Assembly: GCA_963793645.1 (NCBI GenBank)
Contig: CAWCAW010000004.1
Span: 293,793 to 357,792 of the forward strand
DNA length: 64,000 bases
Direction of reading: 5' to 3'
DNA from: an uncultured Acidimicrobiaceae bacterium
Lineage (GTDB): Bacteria > Actinomycetota > Acidimicrobiia > Acidimicrobiales > UBA8190
The notes under the pieces are model-generated. The model worked only from the letters and a program-made list of their open reading frames with translations. It had not been told where the DNA came from and made no database searches. The translations under genes and the position numbers were made by a program. This document shows positions 18,976 through 29,948 of this stretch, piece by piece (the stretch's first letter is position 1; each line of letters begins with the position of its first letter).

Positions 18976-19632
18976 TCACGCTGCTGTGGCGTCGGCGAGG
19001 ACCGTGGAGTGACGGGCCGCCACGCGGCCGGCGGGAATTGATGTGTCCCCGGCCAGCAACTTGGCCAAAGGATCGCGCTTGTCCTCGCCGCTGATGAGCC
19101 AGAGGATCTCCTCGGCGCGCGCCAGGGCCGGATACGTGAGGGTCATGCGCCGCAGGCCCTGGTACGGCTGGGTCACCGCCACCAACCTGTCGGTGACGTC
19201 GAGAACCGGGTCTCCCGGCACCAATGACGCGGTGTGCCCGTCGGGTCCTAAACCGAGATGGACGAGATCGAAACGAGCCGGGAGCAGCGCGCCATAGGCG
19301 CCCGCGGCGGCATCGAGGTCGGCGTCGTTCACCGACATGGCCGTCACCGTGGCCGCGGCCTGACCCAAGCTTTGACGGAGGTGGGTTAGATTGCGGTCAG
19401 GGTCTCCTTCGGGGGCGACGCGCTCGTCGACCTGGAAGATCTCCACGTCGGCCCACGGCATGTCTTGGTCCGTCAGCTCCGCGAACATCGCCCACGGCGT
19501 CTTACCGCCGCTGACGGCAAACGTGAAACGCCCCCGAGCTGCCACGGCCGCTCGCGCCGCGGCCGCTACGAATTCGGCGGCCTTGGCAGCTAAGGCGGAC
19601 GCGTCAGGAAGGACGACGAGCTCGTGGTCCAT
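18976..19632 (-). CDS. pgl: 6-phosphogluconolactonase
   Basis: ...RGRFTFAVSGGKTP...DERVAP...SNxxx-type pattern...HLGLGPDGHTASL... is typical of DevB/Pgl. Confidence 0.85.
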   Translation of the reverse strand: MDHELVVLPDASALAAKAAEFVAAAARAAVAARGRFTFAVSGGKTPWAMFAELTDQDMPWADVEIFQVDERVAPEGDPDRNLTHLRQSLGQAAATVTAMSVNDADLDAAAGAYGALLPARFDLVHLGLGPDGHTASLVPGDPVLDVTDRLVAVTQPYQGLRRMTLTYPALARAEEILWLISGEDKRDPLAKLLAGDTSIPAGRVAARHSTVLADATAA

Positions 19633-19634
19633 GA

Positions 19635-20669
<1,035 letters not shown>

Positions 20670-20686
20670 GGATTTCTCCTCTGCTT

Positions 20687-22315
20687 CTATGCCTTCAGCG
20701 CCCGGTAACGGCGGATCAAGGCGTTGGTCGACGAGTCATGGGCAAGGGCGGGTTCAGTCGAGCTCTCGAGCTCGGGGATGATGGCCTTGGCCAACACCTT
20801 GCCCAGCTCCACGCCCCACTGGTCGAAGCTGTCGACGCCCCAGATGGTGCCTTGGGTGAACACGCTGTGCTCGTACAAGGCGACGAGGGCGCCGAGAAGG
20901 CGCGGCGTGAGCACCTCGGCCAGCAGCACGTTGGTCGGATGGTTGCCTTCCATGACCCGATGGGCCACCTCGTGCTCGGCCACACCCTCGTCGCGCACTT
21001 CCGCCTCGGTTTTCCCGAAGGCCAGAGCTTGCGCCTGGGCGAAAACATTCGAGGACAAGATGTCGTGATGGTCGCGTAACGGGTTCAGGGTCTTGCCGAA
21101 CCCGATCAGATCGAGGGGGATGAGCTTGGTGCCCTGGTGGATGAGCTGGAAGAAGCTGTGCTGGCCGTTGGTGCACGGCTCTCCCCAGTAGACCGCTCCG
21201 GTCTGGTAGTCCACGGGCAGGCCTTGGAGGGTGACGTGCTTGCCGTTGGACTCCATGGTCAGCTGCTGTAAGTACGCCGGAAATCGCTTGAGGTACTGGT
21301 CATAGGGCATCACGCCGAACGACTGCGCGCCGAAGAAGTCTCCGTACCACACGGCCAGAAGGCCGAGGATTACGGGCAGATTCTCTTCGAGCGCAGCGGT
21401 GCGAAAGTGCTCGTCCATGTCGTGGAACCCGGCCAGCATTTCGTCGAAATTCTCGGGTCCCACCGCCAACATGGTGGACAGACCGATCGCACTGTCCATG
21501 GAGTAGCGCCCGCCGACCCAGTCCCAGAACCCGAACATGTTGGCGGTGTCGATGCCGAAGTCGGCCACACGCGACGCGTTGGTGGACACGGCCACGAAAT
21601 GCTTGGCCACCGCTGACTCGTCTCCGAGCTGCCCCACTACCCAATTGCGGGCCGATGTGGCATTGGTGATGGTCTCCAGGGTGCCGAAGGTCTTGGAAGA
21701 GATGATGAAGAGGGTCTCGTCGGCCGACAGGTCGCGCGTGGCCTCGACAAAGTCGGTGGAGTCGACGTTGGAGACGAATCGGAACGTCATGTCACGCCGT
21801 GCGTAGTGGCGCAGGGCCTCGTAGGCCATGACCGGCCCCAGGTCAGATCCCCCGATGCCCACGTTGACGACGTTGCGGATGGGTTTGCCCGTGTGCCCAC
21901 GCCACTGCCCTGACCGCACCCGTTCGGCGAAGGCCCCCATGGCGTCGAGCACGCCGTGCACTTGTTTGACGACGTCGACCCCGTCGACGATCAGTGAGGT
22001 CCCCCGGGGCATCCGCAGCGCCACATGGAGCACGGCCCGGTCCTCGGAGACGTTGATGTGCTCACCGCGAAACATCTGATCCCGGCGACCCGCCACGTCG
22101 ACGTCCCGGGCCAACGCCATCAGGAGGGCGAGGGTTTCGTCGGTGATGCGGTTCTTCGAATAGTCGAGATAGATGCCGGCCGCCTCGGCACGGAGTCGCT
22201 CGCCGCGCCCCGGGTCCTGGGCGAAGAGCTCGCGCAGGTGCCTGGTCTCGATCTCGGCAAAATGCGACTCCAATGCCTTCCACGTGGGACGCGCCCTCAG
22301 CGGCGTTGCCGTCAT
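20687..22315 (-). CDS. pgi: glucose-6-phosphate isomerase
   Basis: ...[13 protein letters not shown]...[13 protein letters not shown]...WDWVGGRYS...[19 protein letters not shown]... PGI signatures. Confidence 0.95.
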   Translation of the reverse strand: MTATPLRARPTWKALESHFAEIETRHLRELFAQDPGRGERLRAEAAGIYLDYSKNRITDETLALLMALARDVDVAGRRDQMFRGEHINVSEDRAVLHVALRMPRGTSLIVDGVDVVKQVHGVLDAMGAFAERVRSGQWRGHTGKPIRNVVNVGIGGSDLGPVMAYEALRHYARRDMTFRFVSNVDSTDFVEATRDLSADETLFIISSKTFGTLETITNATSARNWVVGQLGDESAVAKHFVAVSTNASRVADFGIDTANMFGFWDWVGGRYSMDSAIGLSTMLAVGPENFDEMLAGFHDMDEHFRTAALEENLPVILGLLAVWYGDFFGAQSFGVMPYDQYLKRFPAYLQQLTMESNGKHVTLQGLPVDYQTGAVYWGEPCTNGQHSFFQLIHQGTKLIPLDLIGFGKTLNPLRDHHDILSSNVFAQAQALAFGKTEAEVRDEGVAEHEVAHRVMEGNHPTNVLLAEVLTPRLLGALVALYEHSVFTQGTIWGVDSFDQWGVELGKVLAKAIIPELESSTEPALAHDSSTNALIRRYRALKA

Positions 22316-22463
22316 GTCACGACACCTCCATCTTCGCCGCCACGTAGGCGACCCACGTGGTCACGAGCCCGATGCTAGGCGACCCCCTCGGCGTCCTCCG
22401 TGCAGTGCGCAGGTGGCCCGGAGCAGGACACAATGCACATGCACAAGACGAGGGAGGCCAACG

Positions 22464-22871
22464 ATGGCACCAGGTCAGGTCGCAGACGGCGGCGCGGGCG
22501 TCGTCACCAAGTCGAGTCCTCGCTCCCATGGCGACACCGTCGATCGCCTGACCGAGCTCGTCGAAACCAAGGGCATGCGCCTCTTTGCCGTTATCGACCA
22601 GAGCGCCGAGGCGCGCCTCGTCGGCCTCGAGTTGCGCGACACCACCATGGTCATGTTCGGGAGCCCCGCCGCCGGGACCCCGGTGATGATGGCCTCACCG
22701 CTCGCCGCACTCGACCTGCCCCTGCGAGTCGTGGTGTGGAGCGACGGGAACCAGACCCAGGTCTCCTACGTCGACCCCGCCGTGCTCGCAGCCCGCTATG
22801 CCTTGACCCCGGCGCTGGCTTCCAACCTGGCCGGCATCAATGCGCTCACCGACGCCTTGGTCCAGAAGTAA
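22464..22871 (+). CDS. DUF302 domain protein
   Basis: ...MVMFGSPAAGTPVMMASPLAALDLPLRVVVWSDGNQTQVSY... matches the DUF302 core. ATG 22464 is preceded by GAGGGAGG. Confidence 0.8.
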   Translation: MAPGQVADGGAGVVTKSSPRSHGDTVDRLTELVETKGMRLFAVIDQSAEARLVGLELRDTTMVMFGSPAAGTPVMMASPLAALDLPLRVVVWSDGNQTQVSYVDPAVLAARYALTPALASNLAGINALTDALVQK

Positions 22872-22929
22872 CCGCCGTAAGCTCGCCTCGGTGTCGGATC
22901 CCGTACGCGCCGAGGGCGCCTTGGAGGCC

Positions 22930-24364
22930 ATGGCCCGTCGGGGAATGGTGATTGGCGACCAGCGCGTGGCGATGGGTGAAGCGGGCTATTACCCGCACCA
23001 CAACCCCACCACCGGTCGGGTCCAGGTCCAGGTGCCGCTGGCTGATGCCCGGCAGATCGACCAGGCCGTGACATACGCGCACGAGGCACTGCCGATGTGG
23101 CGCAAACTTCCCGTGCTGGCCCGCGCCGCCATGTTGCATCGCCTGGCCGACCTCATCGCCGACCATGGCGAGGAATGTGACGTCCTGGGCGCCTTGGAGA
23201 CCGGCACGCCGGCCAAGAAGCTCGGCAGCGCCTTCTTCGCTTCGCTGTGGACGCGCTACCAAGCTGGGTGGGTCGACCGCCTCGAAGGACAGACGGTGCC
23301 GGCGCTACTCGGGCGCGGCCTCGATTACGTCGTGCCCGAACCGATGGGGGTCGTGGGCGTCTTCGTGCCCTGGAACGGGTCCCTCATGGGCATGGGCATG
23401 TCGGCTGCGGCCGCGCTCGGCGGCCGGGAATACCGTGGTGGTGAAACCTCCCGAGCTGGCTCCCTTCGGAGCCCTGCGCTTCGCCGAGCTCGCCCTCGAA
23501 GCAGGCATTCCTCCCGGTGTGCTCAACGTCCTACCGGGCGGCGCCGTGGCGGGCCAAGCCCTGGCCGAACATGGCCTGGTCGACCTGCTGTGCTTCACCG
23601 GCGGCACCGATACCGCCACTGCTCTCATGCGGGCAGGGGCATCGACAGTGAAGCCCATGGTCCTCGAGCTGGGCGGCAAGTCGGCCAACATCATCTTTGA
23701 CGACGCCGACCTCGACCGGGCCGTCCCCTTGGCCGCACAGGGGGCCCTTCTCCTCTCCGGACAGGGGTGCGCATTGCCCACCCGCCTCTTCGTCCATGAC
23801 TCGGTCTATGACGAAGTCCTCCAACGTGTCGTGACCACCGTCGAGGCGGCCGTCGTCGGTGACCCGTTGGATGCGGACACCGATGTGGGACCGGTGATCA
23901 CCGAGGCGGCGCTCGGCCGGATCGTCGGCGTCATCGAGCGGGCCCGGGCCCAAGGTGGTGGTCGGCTGCTCACCGGCGGCGCCCGGATCGGTGGAGAGCT
24001 CGCCGAGGGCTACTTCCTGGCACCCGCCGTCTTCGCCGAGGTGGATCATTCGAGCGAGCTCGCCCAAGAGGAGATCTTCGGCCCGGTGCTGTGCGTGTCG
24101 CGCTTCACCGACGAAGACGAAGTGGTGCGGCAGGCCAACGCCACACGCTATGGGCTCGCCGCGTACATCTTCACCAACGACATCACGCGCGCCCATCGCG
24201 TGGCGGGGCGCCTCGAAGCCGGCTCCGTCTCCATCAACGGGGCGCCGGGGCTCTCCCCCAATGCTCCATTCGGAGGAACCCGTCAAAGCGGCTTTGGCCG
24301 CCTTGGAGGGCGAGCCGGTATCGAGGAGTTCGTCCGCTGGAAGAACGTCTATGTGGCGCTGTAG
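22930..24364 (+). pseudogene. NAD(P)-dependent aldehyde dehydrogenase, frame broken by an apparent +1 G near 23419
   Basis: ORF 22840..23700 gives ...EPMGVVGVFVPWNGSLMGMGMSAAAALGG, then nonsense. ORF 23165..24364 (+1 frame) gives AAGNTVVVKPPELAP...LELGGKSANIIF...EEIFGPVL...PFGGTRQSGFGR. Removing one G from CTCGGCGG restores ...AAALAAGNTVVVKP... Confidence 0.85.
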
Positions 24365-24383
24365 GCCAATGCAACGCTCCGGG

Positions 24384-25139
24384 TCAATGTAAATACGCCT
24401 GGCCGCCGTCGACCATGAGCGTCGTGCCCGTGATGTAGTCACCATCGGGACCGCACAAGAACACGGCCGCCCTGCCGATGTCCTGCTCGGCGTCCCCCAC
24501 GCGACGCAGCGGAATGGAATTCACGAATTTCTCGTAACGCTCCGGGAAGCGCTCCCCCCAACGCACGAACCCCTCCGAGCCTGCCAGCGGAATGATCACG
24601 TTGGCGCGGATGCCGTCAGGCCCCCACTCCATGGCGGCGGTACGAGTCATGGCTCGGATGGCCTCCTTGGACGCCACATACGCCGCGTAGAGCTGCGAGT
24701 CGGCTCGCAGCCCCATCCCCGTGGCCAAGTTGAGAATGACTCCGCCCCCGCGCAAGTGCGGGTGGCAGGCCTGCATGAAGCTGAACGTGGCCAGGGGGCC
24801 CGATCTCCAACTGGCATCCATGGCTTGGCGCGTCAGGTCCGTCAACGGCGCAATCGTCACTTCCTGGGCGTTGTTGACGAGAATGTCCACGGTGCCGAAG
24901 CGCGCCACGGTGGCATCGACAGCGCGGTGTATGTCCGCCTCTTCTTTGACGTCGGCAACCACAGCGCCACCCACCCCGCCACGGCGGTCGATCTCGGCCG
25001 CGGTGTCCTGCACCTTGGCGAGCGTGCGACCGGCTGACATCACCTGCGCCCCTTCGGCCGCGAGCGCCAAGGCGATGCCGCGCCCGACACCTTGTCCGGC
25101 CCCCGTCACCAAGGCCACTTTGCCCTGCAGCGTCCCCAC
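24384..25139 (-). CDS. SDR-family oxidoreductase
   Basis: ...KVALVTGAGQGVGRGIA...NNAQ...YVASKEAIRAM... Confidence 0.9.
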   Translation of the reverse strand: MGTLQGKVALVTGAGQGVGRGIALALAAEGAQVMSAGRTLAKVQDTAAEIDRRGGVGGAVVADVKEEADIHRAVDATVARFGTVDILVNNAQEVTIAPLTDLTRQAMDASWRSGPLATFSFMQACHPHLRGGGVILNLATGMGLRADSQLYAAYVASKEAIRAMTRTAAMEWGPDGIRANVIIPLAGSEGFVRWGERFPERYEKFVNSIPLRRVGDAEQDIGRAAVFLCGPDGDYITGTTLMVDGGQAYLH

Positions 25140-25149
25140 GGCGTCGCCT

Positions 25150-26406
25150 CTAGTCCTCGGTCACCAGTCCGCCAGGAAGCCGCGTCAGCAGTTTCGGGCC
25201 GCCGTCGTCCACGAGCACGGTCTCCGATGCGAGATATCCGCCCGCGTGGCGCTCCCACACATAGCCCTGGATGCACAGGATCATCCCGGCTTCCAGAACG
25301 TCTTGTCGGGCGGCCTCGGGCCCGAAGACGTTCCCCGCCACCGGGGACTCCATGCCGAGCCCGACCCCGAAGACGACGGGAATCGGTGGACGCGGCTCAC
25401 CCGAGTCGTCCCAGGCGTCGAGTAACTCGCCCACCGCAGCCCCGGGCCGACACATCTCGACAACGGCACTTACGGCGCGCCGCCAGCGTGTCTGTAGCGC
25501 GCCCAAGGCACCGGTGTCGCCCGAGGCGTGCGAGGCGCCCCGCGCCGGCGGCACGACAACGGTGCGCATGGCCGATCCTAGATAGCCGCTGTAGAGCACC
25601 TCGGCCCGTACGGCCACGAGATCGCCGGCTCGCAGAGCACGACCGGAGGGGCGAAGACGAAGTGGCGATTGCGCGCCCCGCCCGTGGCGGTCGTCGGCCT
25701 CGGTAGGGGTGGCGCAGACGAACGGCTCCGAGGCCAGGAGCACCGGGGAGAAACGAATGATCTCCTCGGCGAGCTGACCCTTCAACGCGTCTTCGCCGGC
25801 GCCGGGGACGATGGCCGGACAGGTCGCCGCCACGGCGCCTTCGGCGATGGCCAGGGCGGTGCGGAGACAGTGGACCTCACTGGCGAGGCGGACTCGTCGC
25901 ACGCCATCGAGGAGCCGTTGCCCGTCGACGAACTCGGCTTGCGGGGCCAGCAGCGCCAAGAGCGCCATACCCGAGGGCGGGACTCCGTCCACACCCACGC
26001 GCCGCGACTCGGCCAGGCCTTCGATGCGCTGAAGCCCCTCCATGACGTGACGGGGATTCCAGGTGAGGCCCGTTAGGTTCTCGGTGGGCACCTCGGGGGG
26101 GATGCCGTCGCGCCACGTGCTGGCCTGCAAAGAGACCTGGCCGGTGCTGCGAACGAGCACGCACACCGGCGCCCACGGCGTCACCACGGCGCGCCACAAC
26201 GACCGGTGCCCCACCACGTACTTGATGTTCGGGTACCGACCCAGTAGCAACGCGTCGACGTCGGCTTCGTCCATGGCCTCGATGATCCGGCGCCGGCGCT
26301 CGGCGCGCAGCACGGCGTAGTCGACACCGCCCCCGTCTTCGGTGACGGCCGTACCTAAGGGGCCGTACCGGCGGGGCCGCTGCGAGTCGGGGGGTGACGA
26401 GCTCAC
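25150..26406 (-). CDS. M24-fold (creatinase/prolidase-like) protein with a degenerate metal site
   Basis: Paralogue of the upstream gene. Aligned by eye, ligand positions read D->R, D->S (GYLGSAMRT), H->F (FGVGLGMESP), E->Q (LCIQGY); the last E is kept (ASETVLV). Start proposed at GTG 26406, which overlaps the upstream stop (GTGA). The 685-aa track ORF is an over-extension. Confidence 0.75.
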   Translation of the reverse strand: MSSSPPDSQRPRRYGPLGTAVTEDGGGVDYAVLRAERRRRIIEAMDEADVDALLLGRYPNIKYVVGHRSLWRAVVTPWAPVCVLVRSTGQVSLQASTWRDGIPPEVPTENLTGLTWNPRHVMEGLQRIEGLAESRRVGVDGVPPSGMALLALLAPQAEFVDGQRLLDGVRRVRLASEVHCLRTALAIAEGAVAATCPAIVPGAGEDALKGQLAEEIIRFSPVLLASEPFVCATPTEADDRHGRGAQSPLRLRPSGRALRAGDLVAVRAEVLYSGYLGSAMRTVVVPPARGASHASGDTGALGALQTRWRRAVSAVVEMCRPGAAVGELLDAWDDSGEPRPPIPVVFGVGLGMESPVAGNVFGPEAARQDVLEAGMILCIQGYVWERHAGGYLASETVLVDDGGPKLLTRLPGGLVTED

Positions 26407-27608
26407 TCGAAGGGCCGGTTCGGGTACTGGCTGACCTTCTCGTACCCACTTTCGGTGACAAGGACGAGCTCCTCGCAGCGGTACCCCATGTGCCCGTCCT
26501 CCCAGGTGACTGGTTCGATGACCAGGGCCATGCCGGGCTCGAGCACGAACTGCTCGTCGAACTCCCGCCCGAGGTCCGATCCGATGCGCTGTGGCTCGCC
26601 TCCTTCGAGACCGAGAGTGTGGGCGAGGAAGTAATGATCGAGCCAGGGTTTCGACCCACCGTTGGCGGCGGTGGCCACGTCGACCAGCTCCGCCCCCGTG
26701 ACACCGGGACGCACGTGGTCCAACACGGCGTCGGTGACCTCTTTCCAGCGGGTGAACAGCGCGCGTTGTGGTGGCGACGGCGGGCCCACCACCCACGTGC
26801 GGCCCACGTCTGAGGCATAGCCCTCGTAACTGGTCACACAGTCCGTCCAGATCACGTCCCCGTGACGCACGATGTGATCGTTGGTGACCAACGCGAACGG
26901 CACGTCGCCATTGGTGCTCCACGGTCCCTCGTCGATGCGAGGCGGCATGGCCTGAAAGACGGGGTCGAGGAAGTTTCCCGTGGCGCCCACCTCGAAAAGC
27001 CGGTGCAAGAAGATGGCGGTCATCTCGTTGGTGCGGAGTCCAGGCCGCAGCGCTTCCTCCACCGCCTCGTGCGCCGCCTCGCACATTGACCACGAGCGGC
27101 GCAGGCACTCGCGCTCGTCCGCCGTCTTGTGGAGGCGAGCCGCCGTCAGCACCCCCACCGCGCTCTTGAACTCGGCAGCGGGCAGCTGCGCCGGCAGCTC
27201 CTGCCACATGGCCACCGTGTAGTCATCGAAACCGATGCGAGCCGGGGCAGCGCCGGCGATGTCGTGGAGGTGACGCCCGAGCTCGGCCACCCCTTCGGAC
27301 CGCTCCAGGGCCAGGGCGTCGTGCAGGTGATCGTCGGGGAGATCCGGCGGCGCCTCGAATGGATACGCGGTGAACAAGTGCGGCCACGGATCGCCATCCA
27401 GCACCACCGCCACCGGACGCAGCTGGAGGCTCTGGCCGTTGTCCGACAGCGGGGTCCACGCACCGGTGGCGTAGAGCACGCCACCCGAGGTGAGCAGCAC
27501 CAAGGCGTCGAGGTTGCGTTGCGCCATGTGGGTCTGGAGCTTCTGCACCCGCTCCCGGCGCAACCGAAAAAGGTCAAGAGTCCCAGGACCGGGGGTGACC
27601 ATCGACAT
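26403..27608 (-). CDS. M24-family metallopeptidase / amidohydrolase (Xaa-Pro peptidase / creatinase / ectoine-hydrolase-like)
   Basis: All five canonical ligand contexts are present: ...WTDCV..., ...GYASDVGRT..., ...AHTLGLEGGEP..., ...LVIEPV..., ...YRCEELVLVTESG... Start at ATG 27608 (MSMVTPGPG...). Confidence 0.85.
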   Translation of the reverse strand: MSMVTPGPGTLDLFRLRRERVQKLQTHMAQRNLDALVLLTSGGVLYATGAWTPLSDNGQSLQLRPVAVVLDGDPWPHLFTAYPFEAPPDLPDDHLHDALALERSEGVAELGRHLHDIAGAAPARIGFDDYTVAMWQELPAQLPAAEFKSAVGVLTAARLHKTADERECLRRSWSMCEAAHEAVEEALRPGLRTNEMTAIFLHRLFEVGATGNFLDPVFQAMPPRIDEGPWSTNGDVPFALVTNDHIVRHGDVIWTDCVTSYEGYASDVGRTWVVGPPSPPQRALFTRWKEVTDAVLDHVRPGVTGAELVDVATAANGGSKPWLDHYFLAHTLGLEGGEPQRIGSDLGREFDEQFVLEPGMALVIEPVTWEDGHMGYRCEELVLVTESGYEKVSQYPNRPFE

Positions 27609-27675
27609 GGGACGGTACCACCGGTGCGATCGAGGTCGGCTCGGCACGCACGCGGGTGCCTCCTACCATGGAGGG

Positions 27676-28482
27676 ATGATGCGCTTCAGCGGCCAAGGAG
27701 CATTGGTGACCGGCGCCGGAGGGAGCATCGGGGCCGCCGTGGCGCGCCATCTCGCCGTGGAGGGTGCCGCGGTGACCTGCGCCGACATCGACGCCGACGC
27801 GGCCGAGCGCACCGCGCAGATCCTGCGTGAACTCGGCGCTGACGCGCTGAGCGTGCCCTGTGACGTGACCGACGAGGAGGACTGCCGCCGTGCCGTGGCT
27901 GTCGCCGCCGTCCGGTCCACCGCGGGATCGACGGGCACCACGGGAGCGACGGGCGCCACTGCGCCAGCGGGCCGCGGTCTGCACATCGTGGTCAACACGG
28001 CGGGCATCGGCGCCATGGGGCGCACCGAGACCGTCTCCACCGAGCATTGGCGGCGCGTCATCGACGTCAACCTCACGGGCACGTTCCTCGTGTGCCGTGA
28101 GGCCGTGGCGGAGCTGGTGAAGACCAAGGGTTGCATCGTGAACCTCTCTTCGGCCGGAGGGCTCAAACCCACCGCTTACAACGCCGCCTACTGCGCGTCC
28201 AAGGCGGCCGTGGTCATGTTGACCAAGACGTTGGCCGTCGAGCTGAGCGACCGGGGGGTGCGGGCCAATTGCGTGTGCCCAGGATCGGTAGACACCGCGT
28301 TCCTGCGTTCCTTCGTGCCTCCCGAGGATGCCAACATGCGGCTGCTGGCCCGCAATGCGGCGCTGTTGGGGCGGGTCGTCACCGTCGACGAGGTGGCAGA
28401 GGCGGTCTCGTACCTAGCGTCGGACGCGGCCGCTATGGTCACCGGGACTGCGTTGTGCATCGACGGAGGCTCCACCGCATGA
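27676..28482 (+). CDS. SDR-family oxidoreductase with a low-complexity insertion
   Basis: MMRFSGQGALVTGAGGSIGAAVA...NTAGI...YCASKAAVVML... GGAGGG lies upstream of ATG 27676. Insertion ...RSTAGSTGTTGATGATAPAGRG... sits before the NxAG motif. Confidence 0.85.
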   Translation: MMRFSGQGALVTGAGGSIGAAVARHLAVEGAAVTCADIDADAAERTAQILRELGADALSVPCDVTDEEDCRRAVAVAAVRSTAGSTGTTGATGATAPAGRGLHIVVNTAGIGAMGRTETVSTEHWRRVIDVNLTGTFLVCREAVAELVKTKGCIVNLSSAGGLKPTAYNAAYCASKAAVVMLTKTLAVELSDRGVRANCVCPGSVDTAFLRSFVPPEDANMRLLARNAALLGRVVTVDEVAEAVSYLASDAAAMVTGTALCIDGGSTA

Positions 28483-29918
28483 CTGACACGCTGATCTCCA
28501 AATCGGCTCGGGTTCACGCCGCCTTGGACCACCCCGTCATCGACGCCGACGGGCACACCACTGAGTACTTTCCGGCGCTCGTCGCCTACCTGGAGGCTGA
28601 GGGCGTGGACCTCTCCAGCCCGAGCTTGCTGCGCCTCGTACCGGCCATTTTCGGGCCCCCCGCCGAATGGTCGGCGCTCAGCCCACTCGAGCGCACTGAG
28701 CGACGGGTGACCCGTCCCCCGTGGTGGGGGGCACCGGCTCGCAATACCCGTGACCTCGCCACCTCGATGTTCCCCAAGCTCATGTACGAACGCCTCGACG
28801 AGATGGGCCTCGATTTCGCCGTGATCTACCCGAGCGTCGGTCTGGCCTTCATGCACCTCCCCGACGAAGTCGAGCGCCGCGCCACGTGTCGAGCGCTCAA
28901 CCGTTACAACATCGAGGCCTTTGCCCCTCTGGCTGATCGCATGGCTCCTGTCGCCGCCATACCCATGCACACGCCACAAGAGGCGATCGAGGAGATCGAG
29001 CGCGCCGTGGATCAAGGGTTCAAGTCGGTGCTGTTGGCCGGCTACGTGCAGCGCCCCGTGGCGGCCATCGGTGACCGGGACCCCGACACCGGCCTTTACG
29101 CCCGCTGGCTCGATTTCTACGGGATCGACAGCGCTTATGACTACGACCCCGTGTGGGAGACATGCCAACGGCTGCGGCTGCCCGTCGCTTTTCACTCCGG
29201 GTCCATTGGCTGGGGCAGCCGGATGTCGGTGTCGAACTACATGTACAACCACATGGGCCATCTCGCCGAAGGCCAGCAATCCGTGGCGAAGTCGTTGTTC
29301 ATGGGCGGGGTGACGCGCCGTTTCCCCGATCTGCGTTTCGCCTTTCTGGAGGGTGGGGTGGCGTGGGCCGCCACCCTCTACGTCGATCTGATCGGCCACT
29401 GGGAGAAACGCAACGTACGGGCCCTCGCTCACCTGGACCCCGCCGCCATCGACCGCGGCCAGTTCGCCGAGCTTCTGGCTCGCTACGGTCCGGCGACTTC
29501 GCCCAGTACCCAACGCATTGCTCGGCGCGCACCGATCGACCCGGCCGAGCGTGACGAGTGGGCCCCGTGCGGCATCGAACGGGCGCAGGACATCAAGGAC
29601 CGCTTCGTCCCCGGCTTCTTCTTCGGCTGCGAGGCCGATGACCCCCTCGCCACCATGGCCTTCAACACCCGGGTCAATCCCTTCGGAGCCCGCCTCCAAG
29701 CCATGTTCGGATCGGACATCTCGCACTGGGATGTCCCCGACATGTCCGAGGTGCTGGAGGAAGCGTGGGAGCTGGTCGACCACGGCCTGTTCACTACGGC
29801 GGACTTTCGCGACTTCGTCTTCTGCAATCCGGTGCGGTTCCTCGCCGGCGCCAACCCCGACTACTTCCGTGACACGGTGGTGCATAGCGCCGTGGACCGC
29901 TTCCTGGCCGAAGGCTGA
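28479..29918 (+). CDS. amidohydrolase-2-like metal-dependent hydrolase (TIM barrel)
   Basis: MTDTLISKSARVHAALDHPVIDADGHTTEYFP... and ...MFGSDISHWD... The ATG overlaps the SDR stop (ATGA at 28479-28482). The upstream part of the 595-aa track ORF is an out-of-gene extension. Confidence 0.8.
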   Translation: MTDTLISKSARVHAALDHPVIDADGHTTEYFPALVAYLEAEGVDLSSPSLLRLVPAIFGPPAEWSALSPLERTERRVTRPPWWGAPARNTRDLATSMFPKLMYERLDEMGLDFAVIYPSVGLAFMHLPDEVERRATCRALNRYNIEAFAPLADRMAPVAAIPMHTPQEAIEEIERAVDQGFKSVLLAGYVQRPVAAIGDRDPDTGLYARWLDFYGIDSAYDYDPVWETCQRLRLPVAFHSGSIGWGSRMSVSNYMYNHMGHLAEGQQSVAKSLFMGGVTRRFPDLRFAFLEGGVAWAATLYVDLIGHWEKRNVRALAHLDPAAIDRGQFAELLARYGPATSPSTQRIARRAPIDPAERDEWAPCGIERAQDIKDRFVPGFFFGCEADDPLATMAFNTRVNPFGARLQAMFGSDISHWDVPDMSEVLEEAWELVDHGLFTTADFRDFVFCNPVRFLAGANPDYFRDTVVHSAVDRFLAEG

Positions 29919-29948
29919 CGGCGCCGGGAAGCTGGCCCGCCCAACCTC

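Noticed and set aside
25150-27207. 685-aa ORF as a single protein
   Set aside because: The N-terminal about 265 residues overlap the upstream M24 gene out of frame and are Arg/Gly-rich nonsense. Homology to the paralogue begins just after the GTGA overlap at 26406.
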